This document shows positions 1-11,826 of a stretch of 64,000 nt of DNA, in pieces. The notes under the pieces were generated by a model. That model was not told the origin of the DNA, ran no database searches, and saw only the letters and a list, made by a program, of their open reading frames with translations. Position 1 is the first letter of the stretch, and the number at the start of each line of letters is the position of its first letter. The DNA lies in the NCBI GenBank assembly GCA_000708835.1, contig DF237433.1, forward strand, positions 1 through 64,000, read 5' to 3'. Origin of the DNA: Klebsormidium nitens (taxonomy: Eukaryota > Plantae > Klebsormidiophyceae). A program made the position numbers and the translations under genes.

Positions 1-2
1 CT

Positions 3-2898
3 TGGCGCAAGGCTAGCCTGAGTTTCTTCCGACTGTGTGGACGATCCATCCTGGAGTGTTGCAGCATCTGCGGGCTGCATCCAAAGGTCAGTTCCCTTGC
101 TCAAGTGTCCAAGCTTTTGCTTGCTCAAAGGCATTGCTTGGTGCGGAGTTTTGATACTGAGCGCTGTACTCAACAGGAAGATGAGGGAGAGCCCATCGAG
201 AGTGCGCATCCTGGTCTTTCTCCACGTTAGATTTTGTGAATTTGAAGTCACGGACATCAAGAACTTTAAATCCTCTCGGTGGAGGACTGCAACCTCCTGC
301 AAGGCAGTCAAGGCTGCTCGAAATTGAGATTTTGTTGCACTCAACGCTCTTGCAGCGCACAGGTCCGATCCGCATTCTTGTTCTTGACAGGTACTTCTGT
401 GCGACGGCATCGCTGGTCTGGCTTGCGCCGACGGCGGGCGCCAGAAAGGAGGGTTGGCAGGCACCAGCGCGGCGGCTGTGCGCCCATTCACAGCGCCGAG
501 CCAGGATTCTGCTGGGGTCAACGTAGAGAAGACCATGGAGGCGGGCGTCAACTTCTGCGCTGCGTCTCTCGAGGGGCGGGGGATGAAGCGGCGTCTTGTG
601 ATCCAGCCTGAGCTGCGGACGCTGCTTGCGCGGTTCAGTGGACATCATCCAAAGGACCCCGACCTTGGGAAGCCCCTCGCTCAAAAGGAGTACGTGGAGT
701 TGCTTGTAAGCTATTAAGCGGCAAGCGGTCGCGTGATGGCGCATCAGTCAGAAGTTGCATGTTCTCCCTTGTGAAGAAGTCGGCGAGTTTTGACTAGGCT
801 AGCCCGGTGCATCACGCCCACCTTGCTCAACTTGCTCAGGAGCGGGCAGATTGCGGGGGTGGCGCGCATCTTGGATCAATCAAAACTGGGCTGGTCTTCA
901 AACATAGAAAGCTGACGTCTGAAGCTGACGTGGCACACCAGAGCAAGTTTTTGACTGAGATTGCGCTAGGTGCTAACGATTCATTGTGCTAATGCAGGTT
1001 GCGCTGGAGCGGGCTGACGTCGAAGTGGTGGCCGGCTTCGTGGCAGACCCAGCTGATGCTGATGCAGACCCCATTCTCCTTCACTGGAGGCGGCGGATCT
1101 TGACGGAGCAGGTTGGGCAGATCCGCTCAAAGAACGAAGCCGTGCTCGAGCTCCTTGATGGGATTGAGCGAGAGGCGATGCGTGAGAACTTGCGCTGGCC
1201 CCCGCGCTGCCCCGGCAAGTGGTCCGAGCTGCTCTATGGGCTGGGCACCCCTCTCTCCGTCTCGGACGATTCGAATCTCATTCAGCACGGACGGGCGCTG
1301 GCTGTCGTGCGAAAGCTCCTCCTCGGGGGCGCAGCAAACGGCGAAGACAAAGCCACCTTGGCTGAGCATGCGCCAGTCTTGCGGCGCCTGCTCGACCACT
1401 ACGGTGATGTCTACCCGGACTTCTTCATGCCCGCTCTGCACCACCTGTATCGGCTGACTTTGTTTGGCCGCGGAGCGTGCGGCCTGGGAATTGGGCGAGC
1501 GGGGTGGGCCCTCTCGGCCATCGAAGGGCTTGACTACTGCGTGAGGCTGGCCAGAGCGTTTCGAACGCAGCAAAACGTCCCAAACGCTGAGCAGCTAGAA
1601 GTGTTCCGCTTTTGGGAGGCACGTGCCAACGACCTGCTGCCCGGAATCGAAAGCCTAACCCCTCCAGCCCCACAGCAGTACCCTCTTTCCCAGGCGGAGC
1701 TCCAACTTCTGCGAGACAGGTTGGGGCTCGAGGCCGACGGCTCTGAACCTCACGCCCTTCCTTCCGACCACCCGTTCTGTAAAGAGCAACGCAAGCTGGG
1801 CTGCTATCCCCTGCCGGGCTGGGAGCAAAAGCAGCCTCTCCCCCAGTACAAGCCATTCGAGGACGAGCTTGGGAGGTCCGTTGATCGCCGAGAAGAACAT
1901 CGCTGCCGAAGCGGCCTCACGGTGGGCGAGTTCGATGCTGAGATTGCTGCTAAGAGCAGCGTGAAGTCTGCAAAGCGAATGCAGCAGCACACCAAGGGCG
2001 GTTTTGTGTTCTGCTGTCCCCACAGGGTCATTTACGGGTTCCATGTCATGTTGCGGGGCGAGTCCCCTCGAGACCCGTTCACCGTGCTCTACACGCGCGT
2101 CCGCCGACGGGACCTCCCTGACTTCCTTATCTATGACAACGCATGCAAGCTACAGGCGTATTGCATGAGACGCGAGCCGGCCTTCTTTGCTGATGTCCGC
2201 TTTCTGGTTGACAGGTGAGCGAAGTCTTGCGCTGCCTTTCCATCCTGATTTAAATGCAAGTGACTCGAAGGCAGGACGGTTGAGGTCCGACCGAATCATC
2301 AGGGCACCCAGGCACCAATTGCTTGCCACATGTGGCAGACTGCACAGGGGACGGCAGGTCGAAGGGCTGAGAACTTTTGGTTAGGAGGACCAGGGAAACA
2401 ATCTCGAAAGCAGCTTTGAATGGCAGCTGGCACTCAGCTTCATGATTTCGTTTCCCCTGCAGATTCCACTTCCAACGGACCGATGCTGAGGCGCATAAGT
2501 GTGGGCCGGGGTTCAATCCGGGTGAGTACTTGGACATGGAAGTCAGATCTCGCGAAATGAGTGGCTTGAGCAACTTGATTGTGTGCAGCATACCTTGATC
2601 AGGGCAAGCCTCATGCCTTCGATCCACTTGTCAACCTCGCTTATGTCTCCTTCCAACAGATTACTACGACGCCGTGCGCTGGGTCAACACGTCTGCCGTC
2701 GAGAGCTGCAACTCCTATCTTATCCGATTCAAAGTGTTAGCATGGTTCTCTAGTCTAGATACGTTTTTGGTCATTCTAGCTAACGTTGTCGGTGGGCGAA
2801 ACTCGAAGCTAAGGAGAGTCGATGACCCTAAGTCTCGGATAGCAGGAAGGGTAGACCGTTGGACCCCAGCCGTACAGGCAGCCCTCTTGAACAGTTGA
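3..2898 (+). mobile_element. KDZ (Kyakuja-Dileera-Zisupton)-type transposase, 5'-truncated by the window edge; exons <3-86, 391-705, 998-2214, 2463-2521, 2660-2898
   Basis: GT-AG joins keep one open frame: CCSICGLHPK|VLLCDGIAG...GGFVFCCPHRVIYGFHVMLRGESPRD...IYDNACKL...VDR|FH...HKC...VNTSAVESCNS. The CxxC-CDG, YDNAC, DRFH and NxSxxE motifs match KDZ/HMGXB3-like transposases. Confidence 0.85.
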
Positions 2899-3007
2899 TA
2901 GAACGCGTTTATTATTGAGCTTTCAGCGAGCGTGTTTGATGCTCTTCTTTTCGTTCATGCGTGGGGAGGAAAAGGAAAGGAACCTAGCAGGACACCTCTA
3001 GCACCTT

Positions 3008-3331
3008 TTACATACACTTAGCAATGGAGTATATGTAGCATGATTGCTCTACATGCTTCAGAACACCTGGCACCATTGGCACCTCGGCACCTTTTCTCGC
3101 AAGCATTGACATGAACGGGCAGTTGTCGAAGAACTCAGCCAAGAAAATTTGAGCGTTCGAGGTGCCGGTGGCGGCAACCCATTCATGAGCATGGAAATTG
3201 GAAATCCGGTGCAATCGGAGGGCTTGTGCAGCAACATCACACGGTACTCTGCACATATGATGTGGCGCAGACCAGAAGCCCAGATGACCGGATATACATA
3301 ACTTTTTGATTATAGCAATCAGATAGAGCAT
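3008..3331 (-). CDS. Hypothetical protein at the left edge of the island
   Basis: 107-aa ORF, no recognisable motif. Confidence 0.25.
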   Translation of the reverse strand: MLYLIAIIKKLCISGHLGFWSAPHHMCRVPCDVAAQALRLHRISNFHAHEWVAATGTSNAQIFLAEFFDNCPFMSMLARKGAEVPMVPGVLKHVEQSCYIYSIAKCM

Positions 3332-3612
3332 AGAATCTTTGAAATCAATTATTTTTAGAATTCTGGTCTTCTAGACTTCTGGTCTGTAATATCCATGCAC
3401 GGCCATGTACAAAATCCTTACTCCATAGCTCATATGCATAGAGATGGAGCATGAAAACGATCCATCTCCTGTGTCGAAGATGCACTTAAGCTGCAGACCA
3501 AAAGGCTAGAAGACCGGGTTTTCATATCTTTCTGATTATAGCAATCATAGTCTATGATGAATTCTGAAATAAAATATTTCTAGAATCTTGGACTTTTAGA
3601 CTTTTGGTCTTT
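3295..3612. repeat. Imperfect ~100-bp AT-rich direct repeat (about 3295-3390 and 3520-3612)
   Basis: tgattatagcaatca...gaaat...tagaat.ctgg.ctt.tagactt.tggtct occurs twice. Confidence 0.7.
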
Positions 3613-3781
3613 AAAAATGCACGACTCTATACAACCACTCAAACAAAAGCAACAAACAATGGCCGGGTCATTCTGCATCAGACGATCGACCATGGTGTAA
3701 GTGGTGCGCTTATGTCAATCTACGTGAATGTAAGGCCACAAACCTGTCTCGGTCTTGAAAGCTCGTCCTTACGGCCCTCCT

Positions 3782-6607
3782 CTAATCACAATCATCATAC
3801 TCGCAGCCGGATTTCAGTCGAACCCCTGAAAGGCCCTTGAATTGGCCTTGGGACTGTACCTGACTATCCGTGAATCGACCATCAAAAACCAAACGGTTAG
3901 CGCCTTCGGCAAACTCTAGAATACGTTTCTTAAGCCTCGTTGCCGACAACGAGCTGGTCAGATCCTCTTCCTTAAGCCAAGCCCGAAACGCTTCCCCAAG
4001 CCGTTCACCAACCGCTAAGTGCCAGGTCGGCTTTGTCCCTGGGTTGATGTCTTCGAATTCGAGGCAGTCTACGATCCACCGTCTTGCAATGTCGGAATCA
4101 TTGATATAGGCTTTGACAGCGTCCTCCATGACACGAGGACGGCGCATCAATGGGAGACTCCTTGGATTTGCACGCTTGAGCTCGTGATAACGTTTTGCTC
4201 CTTCTGTATACCATGACAGGCCTTCATCTCGACCCTGTTCACTCTTTAGATACGCTTCAAGTGTAGAATCCATGAGCTTCTGGCGTGGCTTGCTTGGATC
4301 AAGCTTTTCGGGAGGTAAGAATGTGACCAGCATCGGCAGAAGGGCCAAGCGTCGCGTAACACAATAGGTTACGTTTTGAAGAACGGGCCGGTAATTGGTA
4401 TTGAGGACGGTCTTAATACTGATTTTGAAAGTCTCCTGTTTGCTATGCAATCCGCGCCCTGTAGCCGTTCCCGATCCAGACCAGGCTTTTATCGCGGCTT
4501 CGTTCAAGACCGCCTTTTCGCCGGACTCATCCATCTCTCCAAGCCTCCCACCTCGAAGGGCCATTATATGGCTCGAAGCTGATCCAGCCGACCGCTTTCC
4601 CGCCTCGATGATGCAGTCCTCAGACATAAGAACAGCATAGCTTCCCAGAACCTCGAAGTTTGCTAGTTTTGTCAAAGACTTTCCGTTAGCTCCATTGCCT
4701 TGCTTGATCAAGAATAATTGCTCGCTCGTGTCTGCAGTCATACAATATCCGCAGAAAAGTTGATACCAATCGAGCACTTCTCTGTCGTCGTTGAAGCAAT
4801 CGAGCAGAAATTTCTCGAATCGGCTACCGCCTTTTGGCAAGCCGCGAAAAGCCGCCTTGGATGCACGTGAACACAACTGCGCGGGATGGAAAGCGAGCAA
4901 CTTTCCAGTTTCGGTATCAATGACGCCGTTGACGCATGCAAACAAGCACGGGTTGGCGATATCCATCAGCTCACTCAGGCTTTCAGGAGCTTGCAATGAA
5001 TTGATGACAAACTCGAGGCACACTCGAACCTCGGATCTCCGCGTCAAGTCGACTAGATCTTTCCTTTCCGGAAACGGATGCGTTTTGTTGACTATCCTCC
5101 ATGCTTCGTCACATATTTTTCTTTCTTCGTCGGATATCGGGTTGGATGCCCATTCTGGGAGTACCGAGTCAAGGGTCATTGGCTTGTTCATCTGTTTATA
5201 GATTGCTTGCTTGAAGGCGCTCGATCTTTGATTCGAATACCAGGTCAGGATGCGAGACATGTGGGTGCTGAAGACGCTTTGTACGTGGTATGCATTATCA
5301 ATTATCCAGCGGTGTCCGTTCCAATACTGAAAAGATTTTCCCTCAGCGATAATGCGTCCGTTAACGAGATACATAGCCGAGAATATTGCTGCCATTCCAC
5401 GATATCGCTGGGTCACATTACGCTTGATCAGATTGAGTTATGCTTCGAGCGCGGACTCTGACAACTTTCTCGAGTTGTTTGGAAACATACTTTTGTCGTG
5501 TATGGGATGCAATCTCAAAGGGTTGGCATCAAGCAAGGATATTGGAAGTCCGATGTTGCCAAGCTCCACAAGAGGTTTATCCGTACATTCGGAACCAAAG
5601 CATCGATAGAAGATGGTCCATCCGCGCTTCACAAGGGTCATATTATTACTACCATTGTGCCGATGCCCGTGTATGCAAGTTCGTGGGCCCTCACAGATAA
5701 ATGGATAGAGCATGCCATACGAACCTTGAAAGGACACATTTCCAGAATATCGCACATTTTCATCGAGGTTAGCGTCTCGCAACAATTTTATCATTGCATC
5801 AACGATTTTTGCATGCTCGACTGGTTGTGTCTCATGTGAGATATTACGATCCTCTTCTAGGTACATATTATTACCAACAATGCTTACTTTGCCAAGCTCC
5901 TCTGTTTGGTCTGATTCGGAACCACCTACCTCTAGTCCGTGGACTGGGTTGCAAGTCGACGCAAGACTTCCATTCTTCGATCTTCGTGCTGAATCGTTGA
6001 GGAACTTGATAACCCATGATGGAGCTGGTCTGATATTCGTTCTCAAGGGTTGCGTGCACCATGTGTATTTCAGCCCAACATCGTCAGAGCCCGGGGGAGC
6101 CAATGCTATCCCTCCTTCTCCGCGCCCATCAATACCGTAAAAGTGGCCTTTGTAATCAACTCCGGCAAAACATTTACCCGATTGAAGCCCTTCTTTCAGG
6201 GATCCGCCATAAGAGAAATAGTAATGAAAACCTCCGCTTGCAGTCGTTGCTCTCAACGTGTCCGGTTCCCCATGCTCCGCAACTAATCCCTTCCAAAGAG
6301 GCATGCCGGCTAAAAAATCATCATCGGGTTTGTCTCGATTATCAACGTCGAGTACGAAAATATCCGAGATGGCCCCGGTCTTGATGGCAACGAAGTTATA
6401 CTGTTTATCTTCGATAAATTCCTTGATTCGACTTTGCGCGGCTCTCCAATCGGATGGCGACCTAATGGCCCAATCGCCTTGGGAATGCGGCATCGTCCCC
6501 TTGATGCTCTTTGATCCGTCATCCGTTACTCCGACTTTTGCGGGTATCGCATACAGCCCTTGCTGTGCATATGCCTCAAAGACGTCAGCCATCGAGCTCG
6601 TCGCCAT
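3782..6607 (-). pseudogene. Intronless bifunctional primase-polymerase (PrimPol) + D5/SF3 helicase fusion (~940 codons) interrupted by one in-frame TAA at 5440-5438
   Basis: ORFs 5438-6727 and 3782-5416 are in the same frame, separated only by TAA plus 7 codons (SALEA*LNLIKRNVTQRY). PrimPol motifs AIKTG..IFVLDVD and TTASGGFHYYF; Zn-like motif CIHGHRH..SNN..YRC; D5 motifs FACVNGVIDTETG, Walker A QGNGANGKS, GEMDES, VLNTNYRP. Confidence 0.88.
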
Positions 6608-6750
6608 GCTTCTATCTGGTCCAAGGACCGGGAAGGTCCGACGCCCTCCTATGTTTTCTACCCCAGAAAATTTTGCTCGACCTCGAACGCGACACACGTT
6701 GGGGCGTAATGCATTTACATCCAACATCCACCGTTATATGTCTTTGGAAT

Positions 6751-7074
6751 CTAGTACGATTGGATCCACGAGTTCCCAATCTGTGCTTCGTGCAGCCGAT
6801 CCATCGTACGTTTGCTTAGTTTGCTTCCTTTTGCAATTCGTTCGAGAGCTTTTTTCAATAGGATTTCGTCCTTGTGTACCTGATAATAACTTTTGGAGTA
6901 CACTCGTTTCTTCGCCTGATGTTCATCCTTGAAAATCGATGCCTCCAAGCATGCAGCACACGCACTTGACCCGTGATTATGGTTTGTCGACTCCATAGCT
7001 CGGATGCAATGATGCCTCCTGATAGTCATTGAGTAGAAAATTTCTCTCCTATAGAACGCACACAATGTGTGCAA
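6751..7074 (-). CDS. Small basic hypothetical protein (virus-like)
   Basis: ORF tightly packed between the recombinase and the primase; contains KSYYQVHKDEILLKK. Start codon uncertain. Confidence 0.5.
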   Translation of the reverse strand: MHTLCAFYRREIFYSMTIRRHHCIRAMESTNHNHGSSACAACLEASIFKDEHQAKKRVYSKSYYQVHKDEILLKKALERIAKGSKLSKRTMDRLHEAQIGNSWIQSY

Positions 7075-7093
7075 GGTAAGAATCCGGCCCAGC

Positions 7094-8140
7094 TCATTCG
7101 TATCGTCTGTTGTAGAGTTCGTCTGCCGTCCTCATTGAATGACCCATGTATTGTGCCTTTGCTCTTACTTCACCGCGGGACATCAGCTTTGGACTGTGCT
7201 CGGTATGGGAGATATGTCGAAGAAGAGTACAACTGAGGTTTTTGCCAAAGTGCCTCTGGCCGAGGTCGTTTAGAACTACTGTGAAATTCGATATTGGCTC
7301 ATCAAGCCAAACCAGGTAATGCCTTTTGAGGATCAAGTGTTTTCTCGGGATCAGATTGAAAGAGCGGAGAATGACCATCACGAGGTCCTTCGGAATTTCA
7401 AGCCGTCTTACGCCATCCTTCTAAAGAGTCTTGTGTCTACCGATATGGAAAAAGCACCGCCTAGGATCGTCATTCAGCTCGACGACGTTAACATCACCAG
7501 GTTTTACCTCAACACGATCGTTCTTGGATTCCTTTATAAAGAAGACGCATTCGGCGTATTCATTTCTCAACGGTCCCAGCGGCATAGTGTATAGCGCCAA
7601 GATGAGATGATCCATCACGAGCTGCTTATCGTGGCGAGACAACCTTTCCTTTCGACAGAATTTTGGCACCACGCAATGAATAATCTGATCATCGAGTTCG
7701 GATCTCTTTTCCAGCAGCTCACTCCAGGGTATCCAGTTCTCCACCTCCTTTGGCGTTTTCCTCTGCATGGATCGATCGAGCTCTTCCTCGGTTGGCTTCA
7801 TTTTCTGCATATACTTCGAGTATGCTGCTTGCGCCTCTCCGGAAGCAAGAATAGTGAACGGAGCTGCGTAATTGCTCTTTGTGAGGGACTTGAGTAGTTT
7901 GCCATCACGCGATGTAAGACTCTCTATGGTCGCTATCACCTGCTCGTGGTCATCGATCCAATCGAGATCTTGCATGATGTCGGGTCCGAAATCTCCTGCT
8001 GCGTAAACGGTCTTGAGCTGTCTAATGTACACAGACACCGTAGAATCCGACCGGTTGTGGGGAGCTCCACGCAAAACCTTTTCGGGACCTTGGGCCTTTA
8101 GCTTTCTCCACACCTTAGCCTCGAAATTGGCATCCATCAT
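7094..8140 (-). pseudogene. Tyrosine recombinase/integrase-like gene (~350 codons) interrupted by one in-frame TAG at 7423-7421
   Basis: ORFs 7421-8146 and 7094-7381 are in frame (HKTL*KDGVRRLEIPKDL). Candidate catalytic residues appear in order: PLRNEY (R), HKT (K), LLRHI, MGHS (H), ELY (Y). Confidence 0.8.
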
Positions 8141-8208
8141 CCGCAATGAAGCGGCTTATTAATACTCATCCTCATAGATATCTTTTGTAAGATACACACC
8201 ATCCCGGG

Positions 8209-9048
8209 TCACAACCTGTTGGGATTGAAGTATTTTCCGTTGTAGTGAATCTTGCTCATAAAATTCGACCAATTACTTGGAGACATCACCGTTTGCGGCT
8301 GACTGATCGAGGTTAACAAGTGATCTCGCGGTATCAATTGGAGTGTTCGATGGATATATTTGCTGAGCATCTTTGACAAAGGGATTCGATCTCCGTCTTC
8401 GAAGACGAGTTCGTATGCTCCTTTCCGTCGTGAAGTTTGTAGCAGGTAGCTGGCACCCTTGAGACCCCGTTCCCCTTTAAGCACGATTGGAAGGTCGTGC
8501 ATTTTTATCCGGCGACGATGCTCGGGGTCCAGAAGCATGAACCATTCAAGGATCAGATGCCACATGACGACCTTCACTTCTTTTGAAGTCAGATCGCGTC
8601 CCAAATCTTCCAGGCTCAACTCTCTCACTTTGCGGGATAGCTTCTTTCCAAAGGCTTCGGTCTCTTTAACGGTCATCTCGGAGTCCTCGTTGCTTGTTGC
8701 CTCTTCCAATCTGCGTTGTGTAAACTCCTTGAGAGCCTTGTTCTCCTTCTTGAATGGTGCATAGTATGTTTGATAAGCATCTCCATACCCAAGCTTACGA
8801 CAGATCGTGAGGAATGGGGCTAGGCGAGTTCGTCGGCTACCAGGATTGTCGTAGCGCTCTAGTACACTTGCAACGATCTTCTGGGCCCTGCTCCTTATCC
8901 ACGAGGGATCCTCGGGCATCTTGTCTTCGAAACACATGTTATAGAGGAGCTGAATCCCCTTCAAATACTGCTCTGTGGAGCTCTCCGTTCGAATCCCATC
9001 AACCAAGATCCTCCTCAGACTATCCATACTTATCCGTACCTGACTCAT
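8209..9048 (-). CDS. Divergent paralogue of the adjacent tyrosine-recombinase-like gene, probably catalytically inactive or C-terminally truncated
   Basis: TESSTEQYLKGIQLLY..EDPSWI aligns by eye with SDSTVSVYIRQLKTVY..QDLDWI, and KVVMWHLIL with QLVMDHLIL. It ends at NPNRL*, where the paralogue has TLLRH. Confidence 0.65.
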   Translation of the reverse strand: MSQVRISMDSLRRILVDGIRTESSTEQYLKGIQLLYNMCFEDKMPEDPSWIRSRAQKIVASVLERYDNPGSRRTRLAPFLTICRKLGYGDAYQTYYAPFKKENKALKEFTQRRLEEATSNEDSEMTVKETEAFGKKLSRKVRELSLEDLGRDLTSKEVKVVMWHLILEWFMLLDPEHRRRIKMHDLPIVLKGERGLKGASYLLQTSRRKGAYELVFEDGDRIPLSKMLSKYIHRTLQLIPRDHLLTSISQPQTVMSPSNWSNFMSKIHYNGKYFNPNRL

Positions 9049-9355
9049 TGTAAGAAAATAAACTTCGAATGTCTTCACGTCTTGCAAGAGCTTATTTCAA
9101 CAAGCTCTGTCAGAATAAAGTGTCATCAAAAACTCTCTCAATCATTTATACTCTGAAAACTGCTAGCGGGGGGTCAAAAAATGTTGAGAAATCTCGAGTT
9201 TTGTCAAGACAATAACTACTTATTTCAATGGCACATGACACTTTTTTGAGGCCTATCCGCTTGCGCTTCATCCATGCTCCAAAAAAAAATGCATCAGGGG
9301 GCAGGTTTTCTTTTTTTCTATTCCTATCGTCATAAGTGCACTAGGCGGCCACGAT

Positions 9356-9865
9356 ATGGAATCCACAAAAAGAAGCTTTCGAGTCGTTGCTGCCTTCGAT
9401 TCAAAAGGCAACGACGCGCTCGCTCTGTTGAAAGATACAAGGCTTGAGATCGATGCTACGAAGGGCCGCGTGTCTCAAGCGGGGGCGCGTGCGGGGTCCC
9501 AGCTGTTTCGAACTCAAAAATGCCTGCAAGATAAAAAGGCTTCGCTACCACAGAGGGTGGTAGTAATGATCCAGGAGACCACAAGAGCTTCAGCAAAGAA
9601 GAAGTACGGTTACTCCGTCGAGATTGGCCCGGTCAAGAAAAGCAACCGTCCAACAGACATGCCATTCGAGGGTACCTTTCAAAGCACTCCCACGAAGATG
9701 GCAATCGAAGAAATCGAACGTACGAAGCCTTCTACAAAAAGTTCGAAGACGAAAGCCACTCAGACTCGCAAGCCGGGAAAGAAAAACGTAACGAAGACGC
9801 CCGCTGCAAAGAAAAAAGCCGAGTCGATCGATTCCAACTCTGATTCAGGTTCAGAATCGGATTGA
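9356..9865 (+). CDS. MC1-like (non-histone chromosomal) DNA-binding protein with a Lys-rich tail
   Basis: KRSFRVV...IQETTRASAKKKYGYSVEI resembles the MC1-like proteins of large DNA viruses (KRSFxVV...RETTRGSxKKxYxY); KKP/AAKKK-rich C-terminus. Confidence 0.65.
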   Translation: MESTKRSFRVVAAFDSKGNDALALLKDTRLEIDATKGRVSQAGARAGSQLFRTQKCLQDKKASLPQRVVVMIQETTRASAKKKYGYSVEIGPVKKSNRPTDMPFEGTFQSTPTKMAIEEIERTKPSTKSSKTKATQTRKPGKKNVTKTPAAKKKAESIDSNSDSGSESD

Positions 9866-11250
9866 CTGCAAAGAGCATGAAGATCATCTATCGTCCATTG
9901 AAACTACACATCCGCAACAACTTTTCTAGTCCAGAAAGATCTGCGATGGCCCCTGACAGTTTCATGTGGTCACCAATCGACAACATGTAGTCAGTGACTG
10001 ATATGTCAGGTAAAATGAGTTTGGTTAGAGGGGGGAACAACCACGTCCAAGATGCTTGATAACGGCGTCGAACGAGATTATACAGAAGTTATTTAAACTT
10101 AACAACTCCTTCTTCAATGAGAAGCTTTATCTGTTAAATCTAAAAACAATTCCATGTGGTCACCGACAGCTTCATGTGGTCACCGATCACCAACGTTATC
10201 ATGCAAGCCGTAGCCCTCGTTTGGTTCAGACTCGGATTGATTGCAAAGTGCATGAAGATCATCGATTGTCCGTCGAATCTATCACATCCGAAACAATATT
10301 CGTTCAAAAACAATTTGCAATGTCCCCTGACAATTTCATGTGGTCACCAATCTACAACATGTGGACAGTGACTGACAAGTCAGGCTAAAAAGACACTGGT
10401 CGGAGTGGAGAACAACCACGTCCAAGGTGCTCGATAACGGCGTTGAACGAGGGTTATACGAATTTTTTCAAACATAATAACTCGTTCTCCAATGAGAAGC
10501 TATATGTTTAAGATTTTGGAACAATCTCATGTGGTCACCGATCACCGACGTCACCAAACCAGCCGTAGCCTTCATTCAGGTTCAGAGTCGGATTGATTGC
10601 GAAGCGCATGAAGATTATCGATCGTCCGTTGAATCCACACATCCGCAACAATATTCTAGTCTAGAAACATTTTGCAATGTCCCCTGACAATTTCATGTGG
10701 TCACCAATCTACAACATGTGGTCCGACCACACTCACGGTCAGTGACTGCAATGACATGTTGAGCTAAAATTCTGGTCAGCGCGGCGAACAACCACGTCCA
10801 AGGCGCTTGATAACGGCGTCGAACGAGGATATACGGAAGTTTTTTAAACGTAAGAACTTGTTCTAAAAGCTATATGTGTTAGGTTCCGGAACAATTTCAT
10901 GTGGTTACCGACAGCTTCATGTGGTCACCACATTGCCGATGTCATCAGGCAGACCAGCCGTAGCCCTCATTCAGGTTCAGACCCGTGATTGATTGCAAAG
11001 CGCATGAAGATCATTGATCGCCCGTTGAATCCACACATCCGCAACAATTTTTCTAGTCCAGAAACATTCTGTAATGGCCCCTGGCAGTTGCATGTAGTCA
11101 CCCATGAACAACATGTGGTCACCAATCAACAACAAGTGGTCATTGACATGTCCGACTGGAATTCTGGTCAGAGCAAAATTCGACCAACGTCCAAGGATCT
11201 AGAACAACTTGTGTTGTCACCGAAATCCAACGTTCATGTGGTCGAAAGCA
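9840..11250. repeat. Diverged tandem array, ~4 units of ~350-400 bp, rich in catgtggtcacc motifs
   Basis: Anchor ggttcaga..cggattga.tgc at 9848, 10223, 10579, 10974; anchor gataacggcgt at about 10058, 10433, 10809; about a dozen (t)catgtggtcacc-like motifs. Confidence 0.9.
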
Positions 11251-11415
11251 ACGTGGTTTGGCAAATCAACGTGGTTTCTCACCCTATTGTAGCATGTGTC
11301 AGGTTTCACACTTGGATTGATTGCTAAGCACATGAAATGGATACTGACCTTGTAACAGGTCGCCTATCAGTCCTCCACAATTATGATACTTTTCTACCCC
11401 AGGACAATATAGATC

Positions 11416-11796
11416 ATGCAACAAAAACGATCGCCCGCTGTTCGATTTGTATACACAGATAGACGTCACAATATGCGTCATTTGTTGGATGAGGTCAAGT
11501 GTTATGACTTGGATTCAGAGCGTGTCGAAATGTGGATCGAACGAGGATTGTACATTCGATCGATTAAAAGTGCGGATCTAAGAAGGGGGGTGTTGCTGAT
11601 TCTAGCACGTGCTATGGAACCGGTGTCAAAGACAACCACTCTAGGTTCTCTGACGACTTTTCTTGACGCTGCGATAAGATCTCCATATAAAGAAGTCAGA
11701 TACTCGGCGCAAGACGTCAATCTGATCTTATACACAGCGGAGCAAGTGCTTGATAACGGCGTTGAACGAGGCTATACAGAAGTTATTGAAACGTGA
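11416..11796 (+). CDS. Hypothetical protein, convergent with primase-helicase 2
   Basis: 126-aa ORF ending 30 bp from the stop of the opposite-strand gene; its 3' end is part of the upstream repeat unit. Confidence 0.55.
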   Translation: MQQKRSPAVRFVYTDRRHNMRHLLDEVKCYDLDSERVEMWIERGLYIRSIKSADLRRGVLLILARAMEPVSKTTTLGSLTTFLDAAIRSPYKEVRYSAQDVNLILYTAEQVLDNGVERGYTEVIET

Positions 11797-11826
11797 CTCG
11801 TACTCCAATGAGAGACTATACATATG

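Noticed and set aside
6258-6932. Long antisense ORFs (also 88-744, 14088-14675, 15285-15902 and those over the BTB and LRR genes)
   Set aside because: They are shadows of real genes on the opposite strand, with no motifs of their own.
3782-8146. Alternative genetic code (TAA/TAG = Gln) or programmed readthrough
   Set aside because: There is only one internal stop per long gene, TAA/TAG end other ORFs normally, and no recognised readthrough context is present; point mutation is simpler.
9840-11250. CRISPR array
   Set aside because: Units are long and diverged throughout; there are no constant short repeats with unique spacers and no cas genes.
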